Shown here: piece after piece, positions 1 through 11,783 of the stretch
Numbering within the stretch: position 1 is the stretch's first letter
Layout of the letters: each line of letters opens with the position of its first letter
Notes under the pieces: model-generated
The model's database searches: none
Told to the model about the DNA's origin: nothing
Seen by the model: only the letters and a program-made list of their open reading frames with translations
Assembly (NCBI RefSeq): GCF_963506605.1
Contig: NC_083277.1
Coordinates: 1,178,001 to 1,242,000 of the forward strand
Length of the DNA: 64,000 nucleotides
Direction: 5' to 3'
Source of the DNA: Zootoca vivipara
Taxonomy: Eukaryota
Translations under genes and position numbers: made by a program

Positions 1-232
1 AAGGAATTTTTTTTATTTTCCTTGGGGGGGGGAATGAGTGACTCCCCCCTCCCTCCCAGAAGACACAAATTCTCCTCCTTCCAAACAAGCTCTGAATATC
101 CTCTTTTTTCCCTCCTGATAATCTCCCAGGTTCGATCCCCGGAGGCGGCAGGGAAAGAGACCCCCCCACCTCCCAAAAAGTCCTCCGGGGCACGAAGGTG
201 ACATTGCCCCTTTACCTCTTTTAATCCATTCC
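1..232 (-). repeat. Copy of the 5' module of the ZNF gene unit (gene presumably continues left of the window)
   Basis: Shares CAAATTCTCCTCCTTCCAAACAAGCT...TTCGATCCCCGGAGGCGGCAGGGAAA with 13681-13706/20903-21040, 42060-42250 and 43800-44020. Confidence 0.6.
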
Positions 233-577
233 TGATGCCCCCAGAGATACCGGTATATTATATCTTCTATTATACTTGTGAGACATTACCTTCATTTCTT
301 TCAAGACCTGTCTATACAACTTTATATACGAATACCAGAACTTCACATACACTCCATGCATTTAAGACGGATTTCCCATTGTTGTTGTTGTTGTTTAGTC
401 GTTTAGTCGTGTCCGACTCCTCGTGACCCTATGATTTCCCATTATCTGAGTTTATTGATGTGAAGGAAAGAGAGAAATATGTCAAACACTCCAGACATCT
501 AAATGGTTTCTCCCCTTTGAGAATCTGTATATGTTTTGTAAGCATCTCATTTCTTTAAAAAGTATTTTTATTAAAGA

Positions 578-2284
578 ATAGCTGGCCCTGCCACGCGTTG
601 CTGTGGCTTAGTCTGTGAAATGGGCCCTCAGGATCCCCCCTCAGACTCCCCCGTAGGCCCTCAATGGGCCCTTAGACTCCCCTGTACCCCCCCCCCCGTG
701 GTTTAGTCTGGGAAATGGGTCCTCAGAGTCCCCCTTCAGACTCCCCTATAAGCCCTCAATGGGCCCTCAGAGTCCCCCTTCAGACTCCCCTATAGGCCCC
801 ACTTTGGGCTTAGTCTCTTAAATGGGCCCTCAGAGTCCCCTTCAGACTCCCCTGTAGGCCCCACTTTGGCTTAGTCTGTGAAATGGCCCCTCAGAGTCCC
901 CCTTCATACCCCCCTGTTGGCCCCCCCTGTGGTTTAGTCTGTGAAATGGGCCCTCAAAGTCCCCCTTCAGACTCCCCTGTAGGCCCTAAATGGGCCCTCG
1001 GAGTCCCCTTCAGACTCCCCTGTAGACCCCACTTTGGCTTAGTGTGTGAAATGGGCCCTCAAAGTCCCCATTCAGACTCCCCTGTAGGCCCTAAATGGGC
1101 TCTCAGAGTCCCCTTCAGACTCCCCTGTAGGCCCCACTTTGGCTTAGTCTGTGAAATGGGCTCTCAGAGTCCCCTTCAGACTCCCCTGTAGGGCCCGCTC
1201 TGGCTTAGTCTGTGAAATGGGCCCTCAGAGTCCCCCTTCAGTCTCCCCTGTAGGCCCCACTTTGTGAAATGGGCCAGAGTCCCCCTTCAGACTCCCTTGT
1301 AGGCCCCCCTGTGGTTTAGTCTGTGAAATGGGCCCTCAAAGTCCCCCTTCCGACTCCCCTGTAGGCCCTAAATGGGCCTTCAGAGTCCCCTTCAGACTCC
1401 CTTGTAGGCCCCCCTGTGGTTTAGTCTGTGAAATGGGCCCTCAAAATCCCCCTTCAGACTCCCCTGTAGGCCCTAAATGGGCCCTCAGAGTCCCCCCTCA
1501 GACTTCCCTGTAGGCCCCATTGTGGCTTAACCTGTGAAATGGGCCCTCAGAGCCCCCCTTCAGACTCCCCTGTAGGCCCCACTTTGGCTTAGTCTGAGAA
1601 ATGGGCCAGAGTCCCCCTTCAGACTCCTCTGTAGACCCCCACTGGGCTGTTTCGTGTCGGTGGGGCGATCTCCATGGAGGGTGGTGATCGTGGATCGGGC
1701 AAGATATGAGATGACGGATTGTGGATTGGGTAGGATGGTGAAGGCCAAGACCTATGGCGGGGATCTCTGGGGAGTGGGGGGATCTCTGGGGTAGGTACCT
1801 CCGTGGTGGGAGGGGGTTCTTGGGGAGCGGGCTACTGTTGGGGTGGCCTGGTCAATGGCAGAGGTCTGTTCTCCGGGGTGGGCTGTGTCCCGGGGTGGTG
1901 GGGTGGATGGAGAGTGGCCGTTATTTTGCCAGTGGGCGGGATTTTGGGTGTATGTTTGATTTTGTTTGGTGGGGTGGGTGGGGAGTAGGTGGGATTTAAG
2001 GTGTAAATCCCTAAATCCCTAAATGTTTGTTGGGGTGGATGGGGAGTGGGCGAGATTTTGCCAGTATGTTGGATGTTGTTTGTTGGATGTCCACAGGAGG
2101 GGGCAATTTTTTTTGTATACAAATCCAGGTTTCTACCTGTCCAAGGTGTGTGTATGGACAATGTAGAGACACTCTCACATGCGCTGGCGATATTGTGGGC
2201 AAATTTGAGGACGATCGGGAAAGCGGTTGTGGAGAAAGGTTCGTTGGAACAAACATGCACCCTCTACATTTTAATATATATAGA
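578..2284 (-). mobile_element. Non-autonomous Helitron containing a minisatellite
   Basis: Minus strand starts A|TCTATATATATTAAAA at 2284; has CCGATCGTCCTCAAATTTG shared with Helitrons at 33424 and 37469; ends with hairpin GCCAC-N8-GTGGC then GGGCCAGCTAT (CTAG with one change). Confidence 0.8.
605..1645. repeat. Minisatellite, ~60-62 bp unit interspersed with a ~40 bp subunit
   Basis: Tandem GGCTTAGTCTGTGAAATGGGCCCTCAGAGTCCCCCTTCAGACTCCCCTGTAGGCCCCACTTT and shorter AAATGGGCCCTCAGAGTCCCCTTCAGACTCCCCTGTAGGCCCT variants. Confidence 0.95.
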
Positions 2285-2473
2285 TTTCTTGAATTACAAA
2301 GGTGTGTGCAGTGTCTCTCATATTTTTACATGTATCACTTTTGCAAATCAGTTTCAATTATTAATACACTAAGAAGAAAGAGGGAAAACGGGGTAGAAAG
2401 GGGGTGGGAGGGTGGGTGGGGGTGCGATTAGGTGATGATGTTTCTGTTTTGCTTAATATATGTATGTAATATA

Positions 2474-2680
2474 TGACAGTAAGAGCTGTTCGGCAGTGGA
2501 ATTTGCTGCCAAGGAGTGTGGTGGAGTCTCCTTCTTTGGAGGTCTTTAAGCAGAGGCTTGACAGCCATCTGTCAGGAATGCTTTGATGGTGTTTCCTGCT
2601 TGGCAGGGGGTTGGACTGGATGGCCCTTGTGGTCTCTTCCAACTCTATGATTCTATGATTCTATGATTCTATGATTCTAT
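2474..2680 (+). mobile_element. CR1 LINE 3' end
   Basis: Matches the 3' end of the long CR1 at 57774-60025; (TTCTATGA)n tail. Confidence 0.9.
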
Positions 2681-2777
2681 GTAGGGCTTGATGTCAGCTT
2701 TGTTTGTGTAGGTTCTCCTTTATTCGCTTGTGTTCTTTTGGTGGTGAGAAAGATTGAGGTTGGCTAAGGGTGTGCTT

Positions 2778-3338
2778 TTATATGCCTGTTGTCTTTGTCC
2801 ATGGAGTTTTCTTGGCAGGGATACTGGAGTGGCTTGCCAGTTCCTTCTCCAGGTGGATCACGTTTAGTCAAAACTCTCCACTATGACCTGTCCATCTTGG
2901 GTGGCCCTGCATGGCATAGCTCATAGCTTCTCTGAGTTATTCAAGCCCCTTCGCCACGACAAGGCATTGATCCATGAAGGGGTGCTGGAGGAGACTCTTG
3001 AGAGTCCCATGGACTGCTAGAAGATCAAACCTATCCATTCTTAAGGAAATCAGCCCTGAGTGCTCCCTGGAAGGACAGATCCTGAAGCTGAGGCTCCAAT
3101 ACTTTGGCCACCTCATGAGAAGAGAAGAATCCTTCGAAAAGACCCTGATGTTGGGAAAGATTGAGGGCACTAGGAGAAGGGGACGACAGAGGACGAGATG
3201 GTTGGACAGTGTTCTCGAAGCTACGAACATGAGTTTGACCAAACTGCGGGAGGCAGTGCAAGACAGGAGTGCCTGGCGTGCTATGGTCCATGGGGTCACG
3301 AAGAGTCGGACACGACTAAACGACTAAACAACAACAAC
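2778..3338 (+). mobile_element. RTE-BovB insertion: inverted 5' UTR (2778-2982) joined to 3' end (2983-3338)
   Basis: CWRRLLRVPW...KSRTRLND C-terminus, (CAA)n tail, 12-bp TSD AAGGGTGTGCTT at 2766-2777 and 3339-3350. Confidence 0.9.
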
Positions 3339-3943
3339 AAGGGTGTGCTTGTTCATTTGTGATTGGCTATGATGGTGCACCGCTCCGGGACTTCCGGGTT
3401 GTTGCAACGGAGTTTGGTCGCCTGCCATGCACTCTCTGCCACGGGGGGGTGGGAGAGAGCGTGTGGGTATAAGCCCTATAGCCCCTCCCTGTAAGGTTCT
3501 AGGGTTACCAGAAAGTCGGATCACTCTGCAAAGTGTGGGGAAGCTACTCTGTCGAGACCCCCCCTTTTTTTGCTGGAGCTCCCAGAGCTGCTGGAGGAAT
3601 ATAAAAAATTTCTGTTCGCTCTCTAGCTGCAGAACATTCAGCTTTTGTCTCTGTGGGAGACACCCATCTGTCCTTTCAAGGCTGTTCAGATAATTAAGGC
3701 AGAATTTTGAAATCAAGAACTAGGCTAGAGGCTGAATGAAAAGAGACTGATAGTGGTGCCTAATGGTTCATGTAGGAATTGTCAGTGTCTTTAAGATACC
3801 CAGTGGCAGACTGAGGAACTACTGGTAGTATTTAAATTAAGTGAAATCAGTCTTATAAAATGGTTTGTCCATAATTATCAAAGGGATGTACAGCGAACGG
3901 GATCCATTCCGGAGGTCTGGTTGGACCCTGAGAAATTCGCAAC

Positions 3944-4531
3944 CATAGAATCATAGAATCATAGAATCATAGAGTTGGAAGATACCACAAGGGCCATCCA
4001 GTCCAACCCCCTGCCAAGCAGGAAACACCATCAAAGCATTCTTGACATATGGCTGTCAAGCCTCTGCTTAAAGACCTCCAAAGAAGGAGACTCCACCACA
4101 CTCCTTGGTAGCAAATTCCACTGTCGAACAGCTCTTACTGTCAGGAAGTTCTTCCTAATGTTTAGGTGGAAGCTTCTTTCTTGAAGTTTGAATCCATTGC
4201 TCCATGTCCGCTTCTCTGGAGCAGCAGAAAACAACCTTTCTCCCTCCTCCATATGACATCCTTTCATATATTGGAACATGGCTATCATATCACCCCTTAA
4301 CCTTCTCTTCTCCAGGCTAAACATACCCAGCTCCCTAAGCCGTTCCTCATAAGGCATCGTTTCCAGGCCTTTGACCATTTTGGTTGCCCTCTTCTGGACA
4401 CGTTCCAGCTCGTCAGTATCCTTCTTGAACTGTGGTGCCCAGAACTGGACACAGTACTCCAGGTGAGGTCTGACCAGAACAGCATACAGTGGTACTATTA
4501 CTTCCCTTGATCTAGATGCTATACTCCTATA
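3944..4531 (-). mobile_element. CR1 LINE 3' fragment
   Basis: [18 protein letters not shown]-terminal peptide; (CATAGAAT)n tail on + strand. Confidence 0.92.
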
Positions 4532-4870
4532 CAACCGGAGCTGCCTGTTCTGCACATGCACACCATGCGGGAGAGCGCTTCTGCGCATGTGGCGAAACCC
4601 GGAAAAATACTTCTGGGTGTAACCCGAAGGATACGCAACCAGAGGTGTGTGTATTCAGAGGTACCACTGTATGTAAATAAAAGGGATCCGGGGGTGGGGG
4701 TGGGGGAATATTTAGGAATAGATGAAAATGTTGGGTGTTAACAAGAACTTGACTACGGGCAGACTAGGAAGACATTCTCAACCAAAGTAGAGGAGGAGAA
4801 ACAAGAGGAGAAAGAAAGAAAAAACCGACTTGACGGAGATTCTTGCTTTTAGAGTGAAATCAGCTTCTGC

Positions 4871-5106
4871 CAGGGGTCAGCAGGAGGCCGGTCCACTGTC
4901 CCTCAGACCTTGTGGGGGGCCGGATTATATTTTTGGGGGGAAATGAACGAATTCCTACGCCCCACAAATAACCCAGAGATGCACTTTTAATCAAAGCACA
5001 CATTCTACTCATGAAAAAGCACACTCATTCCCGGACCATCCGTGGGCCGGATTGAGAAGGCGATAGGGCTGGATCCGGCCCCTGGGCCTTAGTTTGCCTA
5101 CCCATG
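4871..5106. mobile_element. Non-autonomous hAT-type MITE
   Basis: CAGGGGTCAGC...GTTTGCCTACCCATG termini; same family as 62555-63488. Confidence 0.75.
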
Positions 5107-5293
5107 GGTTTACGCAAAAGCAAATAAACTACCAGGAGTTTGACTGATTTATGAAACTCAAGATCAACCAAAGATCTCCAAACACACTACCATAAAAACT
5201 TAGAAATGGGTAGTCAAAGGTTTATAGTGTTAAAAGAGATACTCTCAAGATTGCTGAAGAAAGAAACCAACCATACGTTTCTGGCTGATACAC

Positions 5294-5740
5294 CATAGCT
5301 GCCAAGTCTCCCGTTTTCCCCGGGAAAACCCCTTTTTTTCTTACCTTTTCCCGGTGGTCCCCCGTATCACTTCGTCTCCCGTTTTTCTCCATTATTTTCT
5401 CCTGCTGGGGCCATTTTTTTCCTTTCCGATTTGCCCTTCTATGGGCACCAAAAATGGCCGCCGCCAGCTTCAAAAGTCGCATCTACACATGTCCGGAAGT
5501 GCATAGATGTGACTTCCGGTGTTGGCGGCGGCCATTTTGGTGCCCATAGATGGGCGAAGCGACACCGGAAGTTGCGTCGGCACACTTCCTGACATGCGTA
5601 CAAGCGACTTTTGAAGCCGGCGGCGGCCATTTTGGGTGCCCATAAAAGGGCAAAGCAACACCGGAAGTTACATCGACGCAACTTCCAGTGTAAAATGGCT
5701 GCCGGTCCCAGATTCTGCAGTCCGCAACTTGGAAGGTAAG
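5294..5740. mobile_element. hAT-type MITE with internal inverted repeats
   Basis: TIR CATAGCTGCCAAGT / ACTTGGAAGGTAAG; 8-bp TSD TGATACAC / TGATACGC. Confidence 0.7.
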
Positions 5741-6995
5741 TGATACGCTCAAGAAGAATTCAATTCCCTTTAATTGGGAATTCCCAGAAGGGAATTCTTT
5801 TATGCACCACATTTTTCCGTGTATAAGACGGGGGGCCCTCAAAATTTACAAAATAGGGGAGATTGAGCTTTTGGGGAGGATTATTTGGGGCGAATGCAGA
5901 AAATTGCTCACCCACCAGAACACAGCACACAGCCTCTTGCATCACTTACAATCACTGCTTACAATCTCGGGCTCGCACTTCGTTCCGGCGGGTGAGCTAT
6001 TTTCAGCATCCCCCCCCCCCGCGCCAACAATCAAGTGGCCAATCGCCGCTTAAAAACTCAGGCTCACATTTCTTTCCGGTGGGTGAGCAATTTTCGGCAT
6101 CTGCCATTTGATTGTTGTGGCGGGGGGGGGGAATCCTGCCATGTGAGGAATGAGGGAGGGAGGGAGGCGGTGATGAAGAAAGCGCGTGAGGAAGCGGCGC
6201 AGAGAAGGGGTGTGGAAAAGGAAAGAAGGGCAGACTGAGGGAGAGGGAGGAGCAGGAGGAAAACGCAACAGCAGCCGGCAGCCAGCGTCACACGCCCCCT
6301 TGACAGCACCGCCCTGCTGAAGCGGGCAGGTGGGTGAGCCAACTCCCGTCGTCGATGGTGCCTGGCGTGGGGCAAGATTGCTCCGTCCCTGAGGAGAAAA
6401 GCGCCGCCGTGTGAGGGGGAGGGACGGAGAGGGAAAGAATGTGTGTGCTGGCAATCCACGCGGCGATTCCTGGACTGTCTGCAGGCCAGTTCTAGAAAGC
6501 AATTGTGCCTGATCCGACCCACGGGCCTTAGTTTGCTGACCCATGTACTAGATGCTTGGAGATTCAGTCACCCATTAGAACAAAACATGTTCATCTGATT
6601 CAAAGGATTCTGCGGGAAGAAGAAACATGATCAGGATATTGAAGGAACTGCCTGTAGAGATCCAACCAAGAACTATATCAGATCAAATCTCAACATGGGT
6701 GATAATGAGGGGTGAAAAGAGTTCATTGTATAGATGGAGACTAAATAAGGGTTTATTTGAAAAACACCGAATCACAACATATTCCAATTATGTCAAGGTA
6801 TAAAAACACATTTAAAAGCATTTGGAAATATAGGGGAGGAGGATTTTATAAAAGATTTCAACCATAAAGAGGAATGTTTTACCTAAGATACTGTTTTTAT
6901 TCTAAATGATACCAATAATAAATAATACAAGCTGCTTTAACAAATGGCAGAGATAAAGTATAAATTTTTGATAGATACTAAAAATAGAGTACCAA

Positions 6996-7237
6996 CAATA
7001 CTTTGGCCACCTCATGAGAAGAGAAGAATCCTTGGAAAAGACCTTGATGTTGGGAAAGATTGAGGGCACTAGGAGAAGGGGAGACAGAGGACAAGATGGT
7101 TGGACAGTGTTCTCGAAGCTACGAACATGAGTTTGACCAAACTGCGGGAGGCAGTGGAAGACAGGAGTGCCTGGCGTGCTATGGTCCATGGGGTCACGAA
7201 GAGTTGGACACGACTAAACAACAACAACAACAACAAA
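6996..7237 (+). mobile_element. RTE-BovB 3' fragment
   Basis: Same 3' sequence as 22221-23073, (CAA)n tail; absent from the paralogous position near 33345. Confidence 0.9.
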
Positions 7238-7732
7238 AATAGAGTTGGGTTCGCACTGCTAGATTTTCTACTGTGAGGCAGCCTCTTTGTGTTGGTTAAA
7301 AAAATGGATATCATTGGAAAACACACTATTGCTGGGTACCCAGTGGAATCTCGGTTGTCGAATGCTTCGGAAGTCAAACGTTAGGGGCTTTCGAACACCA
7401 ACAACCCGGAAGTGAATGCTTCCATTTTTGAATACAATTTGTGAATAAAATTATATATAAATAAAATTATATATATATATATAAAGTAATTGAAGCACTT
7501 CCCAAACTCCTTCGATTCAAAGCATTTATGATTTTTCAGTTTGCGGATTGTAGGGTTTCAACTCTTAAAGCTTTTCCTACTTGTGAGTCCATTGATTTTT
7601 TGTAAGAACATCAGGGCTGAAGCTATACGTTCCATATAATTACGCTCCATATAAGTGGTTTTCCCATTTTGAGTTCGCTGATGTTTGCTAAGGTTTCCAC
7701 TTATATTGAAGCTCTTTCCACACTCCATACAT

Positions 7733-9208
7733 TTATTTGCTTGTCCCCAAGTGAGTCTGTTGATGTCTTCTAAGGTTTGAGCTACGATTAAAGCTCTTTC
7801 CACACTCCATGCATTTAAATGGTTTCTCCCCTGTGTGAATCCGTTGATGAATTCTAAGCCTTCCACACGCACTGAAGCCCTTTCCACACTCCATACATTG
7901 AAATGGTTTCTCCCCTGTGTGACTCCGTTGATGAATTTTAAGTGTTCTACTATCAATAAAACTCTTTCCACATTCCATGCATTTGTATGGTTTCTCCCCC
8001 GTGTGGGTCCGTTGATGTTTTCTAAATGTTCCACTATCAGTGAAGCTCTTTCCACACTCCATACATTTATATGGTTTTTCCCCTGTGTGAATTCGATGGT
8101 GGATTCTAAGTGCTCCACGATCAGCGAAGCTCTTTCCACATTCCATGCAATTAAATGGTTTCTCTCCTGTGTGAGTCCGTTGATGGATTCTAAGGTGTTC
8201 ACTCTGACTGAAGCTCTTTCCACACTCCATACATTCAAATGGTTTTTCCCCTGTGTGAGTTTGATGATGGATACTAAGTGATGAACCATCAATAAAGCTC
8301 TTTCCACATTCCATGCATTTAAATGGTTTCTCCCCTGTGTGAGTCCGTTCATGTCTTCTTAGTGCTCCACTCTGACTGAAGCCCTTTCCACACTCCATAC
8401 ATTCAAATGGTTTTTCCCCTGTGTGAGTTTGATGATGGATACTAAGTGATGAACCATCAATAAAGCTCTTTCCACATTCCATGCATTCAAATGGTTTCTC
8501 CCCTGTGTGAGTACGTTCATGTCTTCTTAGTGCTCTACTATAAGTGAAGCTCTTTCCACAATCAATACATTTATATGGTTTTTCCCCAGTGTGAGTTTGT
8601 TGATGAATTTTCAGGTTTCTACTCTGACTGAAGCTCTTTCCACACTCCATGCATTTAAATGGTTTCTCCCCTGTGTGAACCCGTTGATGGATTCTAAGTG
8701 TTCCACTGCTACTGAAGCTCTTTACACATTCCATGCATTTGAATGGTTTCTCGCCTATGTGGGTCCATTGATGTTTTCTAAATGTTCCACTATCAGTGAA
8801 GCTCTTTCCACACTCCCTACATTGATATGGTTTTTCCCCTGTGTGGGTTCGTTGATGGTTTCTAAGGTGTCCAATCTGACTGAAGCTCTTTCCACACTCC
8901 ATGCATTTATATGGTTTCTCCCCTGTGTGAGTGTGTTTATGTATACGAAGGTTTGAACTCCAACCAAAGCTTTTCCCACACACCATGCATTTAAATGGTT
9001 TCTCCCCAGTGTGAGTCTGTTGATGTTTTCTAAGTGTTTCACTGTCAGTGAAGCTCTTCCCAAACTCCATACTTTCAAATTGGTTCTCCTCTCTTTTTTC
9101 ACACTCCATGAATTTAAATGGTTTCTTCGTTATTCCCATTGGACATGGCCCCCCAGAATTCTGACTGCCCTCTCCGTTGTCTGCTTTTGACGGGGGGGGG
9201 GGGGACAT
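7733..9208 (-). CDS. C2H2 zinc-finger protein (ZNF-A), 15 intact fingers plus one degenerate N-terminal finger
   Basis: 491-aa ORF of CxxC-x12-HxxxH repeats with TGEKP linkers; pyrimidine tract/AG acceptor near 9221; true start uncertain. Confidence 0.92.
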   Translation of the reverse strand: MSPPPPSKADNGEGSQNSGGPCPMGITKKPFKFMECEKREENQFESMEFGKSFTDSETLRKHQQTHTGEKPFKCMVCGKSFGWSSNLRIHKHTHTGEKPYKCMECGKSFSQIGHLRNHQRTHTGEKPYQCRECGKSFTDSGTFRKHQWTHIGEKPFKCMECVKSFSSSGTLRIHQRVHTGEKPFKCMECGKSFSQSRNLKIHQQTHTGEKPYKCIDCGKSFTYSRALRRHERTHTGEKPFECMECGKSFIDGSSLSIHHQTHTGEKPFECMECGKGFSQSGALRRHERTHTGEKPFKCMECGKSFIDGSSLSIHHQTHTGEKPFECMECGKSFSQSEHLRIHQRTHTGEKPFNCMECGKSFADRGALRIHHRIHTGEKPYKCMECGKSFTDSGTFRKHQRTHTGEKPYKCMECGKSFIDSRTLKIHQRSHTGEKPFQCMECGKGFSACGRLRIHQRIHTGEKPFKCMECGKSFNRSSNLRRHQQTHLGTSK

Positions 9209-10462
9209 CCTATTTGTTTTCTAGGGAGAGAACAAAAGAATATTACACACATCACTTAGGACCTGCTCTTATTTTAACATCTTATGCATTCTCTCCTGTC
9301 CTCCGTAAATTCCCAGGTTTTAGGAAATACAAATGAAAGAATGTCAAATAATGGTCATGCATTTCAGAAGCATTATAATATGGTTGAACTGTGGGGTTTA
9401 CTTTGTATAAAAAGTGACTTCTCACAGGAAATGTCCATGAACCTGCCCACTATTCATCAGGGTCCCAAGTTCATAATGAAGTTATTCATCCTCTGCATAA
9501 TAATTCTCCAGCCCTTGGGCCACATTTTGTCCCCTTTGACCTCTAGATCTTTATTAATCACCTGGACGGTCCCTTTGTTCTCAGGAGGTGCATATTGACC
9601 ATTTTTTGAGACTCATATATAAGTCTTGTGGTTGGCTGAAGGAGTGCTCAGGTAGGAGAATGTTTTTGGGGTTGGACCTCCATCTCTCAGCCTTGCATTA
9701 TTGCATGGAGAGAGCTGGAGATGCAGAAGGAAAGCAGCTGGAGCCTGACTGCTGGGAATCCCAGATTAAAACATCCAACCCAATTATTATTCGCTATAAT
9801 TATATGCCGCCTGGTCTTGCACCCGTCTCCTGACACTGGACTATCTTAGTGGAGATTCCTTGTCCAGGCCTCTCTCACTGTTCTTCCTCATTTGTACTGG
9901 CTGGGCAAGGGCTTTTGGATATACTATCTCTGCTCCTACTGGGAATTATTTAGTAAATTTGTATATCGCTCTGCATCTGAAGATCACAAGATAAAAATAT
10001 GTGTGACACTGAAAAAGGTGAATATTAAAGGTGAAGAACACCGATTGTGGGAAAGGAAAGAAAGAAGATAACTCTGGAGAAAGGAAGTATTTCTCAACTA
10101 CGATTGTGACTCAGAATCTTAACCAAACGTTATTCTGGAATATCAACTGGACCTCTTTGAATAGGAGCCAGAAATCTTTTGGGATTTCATCCAGACACAC
10201 CTTTAGTGTGGGCAGCAGCGGAGGAAGGCAGGGTGGGGGAGGGGCAGACCTGGCGCTGCAGGTTGAGAAGACCCACTATACCTTCCTAAGCAAGCAACTT
10301 TGGGGGCGAATGTTTTCCTTAAAAAAGCTCTTTCCCAGGGGCCGGCAGAGGTTTCTACGCTACTGAGTGTGGACACCGTGGATTTATAGTGTTAGGGTCT
10401 CAAGAACCCTTAAGATCCAGTTCCACCAACTCCCAAGTAAGTGGGCCCCTGAGCCCATAGGT

Positions 10463-10638
10463 CAGGCATGTCCAAAGTCCATTTCGAGGGCCTAATCCGG
10501 CCCCTATGGCAGTTTAGTTCCTGGGGAACAAGCCTTTAAAAAGTTCAACCCTAAAAAAGGTCAACAACTTTGGTTGGCCCTCAAAGCCCTTCACTTCATC
10601 AAATCTGGCCCTCTTTGAAAAAAGTTTGGACACCACTG
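10463..10638. mobile_element. hAT-type MITE in ZNF intron
   Basis: CAGGCATGTCCAAA...TTTGGACACCACTG; paralogous copy at ~54019-54201 flanked by CCCTAGGG duplication. Confidence 0.65.
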
Positions 10639-11709
10639 CCCTAGGGGAACCTTCTATGCTGAGGTGAGGCATCTCTGGCCCTCCAGATGTGGTTGGACAC
10701 AAAGTACCATCATCCCAAGGAAAGATGGCATATGGCCAGGGATGATGGGAGCCTTATCTGGTGGGACACACTTTCGCCATCTTCCTCCTCCCCTGAAAAT
10801 GCTGAATATCTGTATTTCATTTCCTCCTCCTTCCAACATCTCCAAGATCTTCCTAATATAGTCCAACTGCACACATTCCCAAATAATCCTGCACCACTGA
10901 CTTCCCGAGACTGCTGCATTGTGTCTAGGACACTGGCAATGGGACAGCACCTTCCACTGGATGAGAGGATAGAGGGTGAAATCAGGGCAGGCCAAATGGC
11001 ACTCAGCGCTGTCCCCTCCTTGCCCCTCTCTGCATCTGCTGCCTGAGGGGGCTGCCTCAGTCTCCCTCACCGTGGAGCAGGCCCTGAGAACAGCCTTCTC
11101 TCTGCCCCCCCCCAATACAGGAAACGTGACAAAGAAGACCTTGGAGTGTCACCTTATCAGGAACAAAATGATAATGATAAGAGATTGTAAGTTTGGGCTG
11201 CCCTGGGCAAGATAAATAAACTAATAGGTTCAATAAATAACAATAACAACAATAGAAATTGAAATTGCAATAGTAATAATAATAATGCAGGCTCTTGAGG
11301 GGGGAACACGGGGACCCACCCATTTCCATAGCAATCTTTCCAATCCCTTAAATCCCACAGCCATGAGATCTGATATAGTGGGAATAATGGAAACCTGGTG
11401 GAATGGAGAGAAGGAGTTTCGTAGAGTTATCTCTGGGTAGTAGTTGCCAAGACAGAAGCCTCAAAGGGCGGAAAGAATAAAGGGGGCTTCCTCCCTTTCC
11501 TCTCCTCCCCCTGGTTAGACTCCCTATAACAGCCCCCAGCGCCCCATGCAGGAGCTGACCTGGGACTTATGGGAGGGCAAGGACTGAGCTTCTAGGGAGG
11601 AGATGGCGGGTGGATCAGGCCTCCTGTTCAGGGATCTCTCCCTGGTCGACTAGAAATCATGGCAGATTCCTAGGCAAAAGGGAGAAGTCAAGTCAGGCAG
11701 CCCCGAAAT

Positions 11710-11712
<3 letters not shown>

Positions 11713-11777
<65 letters not shown>
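11713..11777. repeat. (TC)n microsatellite
   Basis: Pure dinucleotide run. Confidence 0.97.

Positions 11778-11783
<6 letters not shown>

Noticed and set aside
605-1645. CRISPR-like array or proline-rich ORFs (883-1191, 1328-1513)
   Set aside because: No unique spacers and no cas genes in eukaryotic context; the ORFs are translations of the minisatellite
3390-6900. Decayed L1 5' UTR/ORF1 pieces between the younger inserts (also 35400-36040)
   Set aside because: Only short suggestive peptides (IPFNWEFPEG, IRILKELP); too weak to annotate without alignment
7558-9102. Alternative-frame and antisense ORFs over the finger exons (also 31717-32458 and 49247-51781)
   Set aside because: Expected shadows of the 84-bp finger repeat; no independent domain signal
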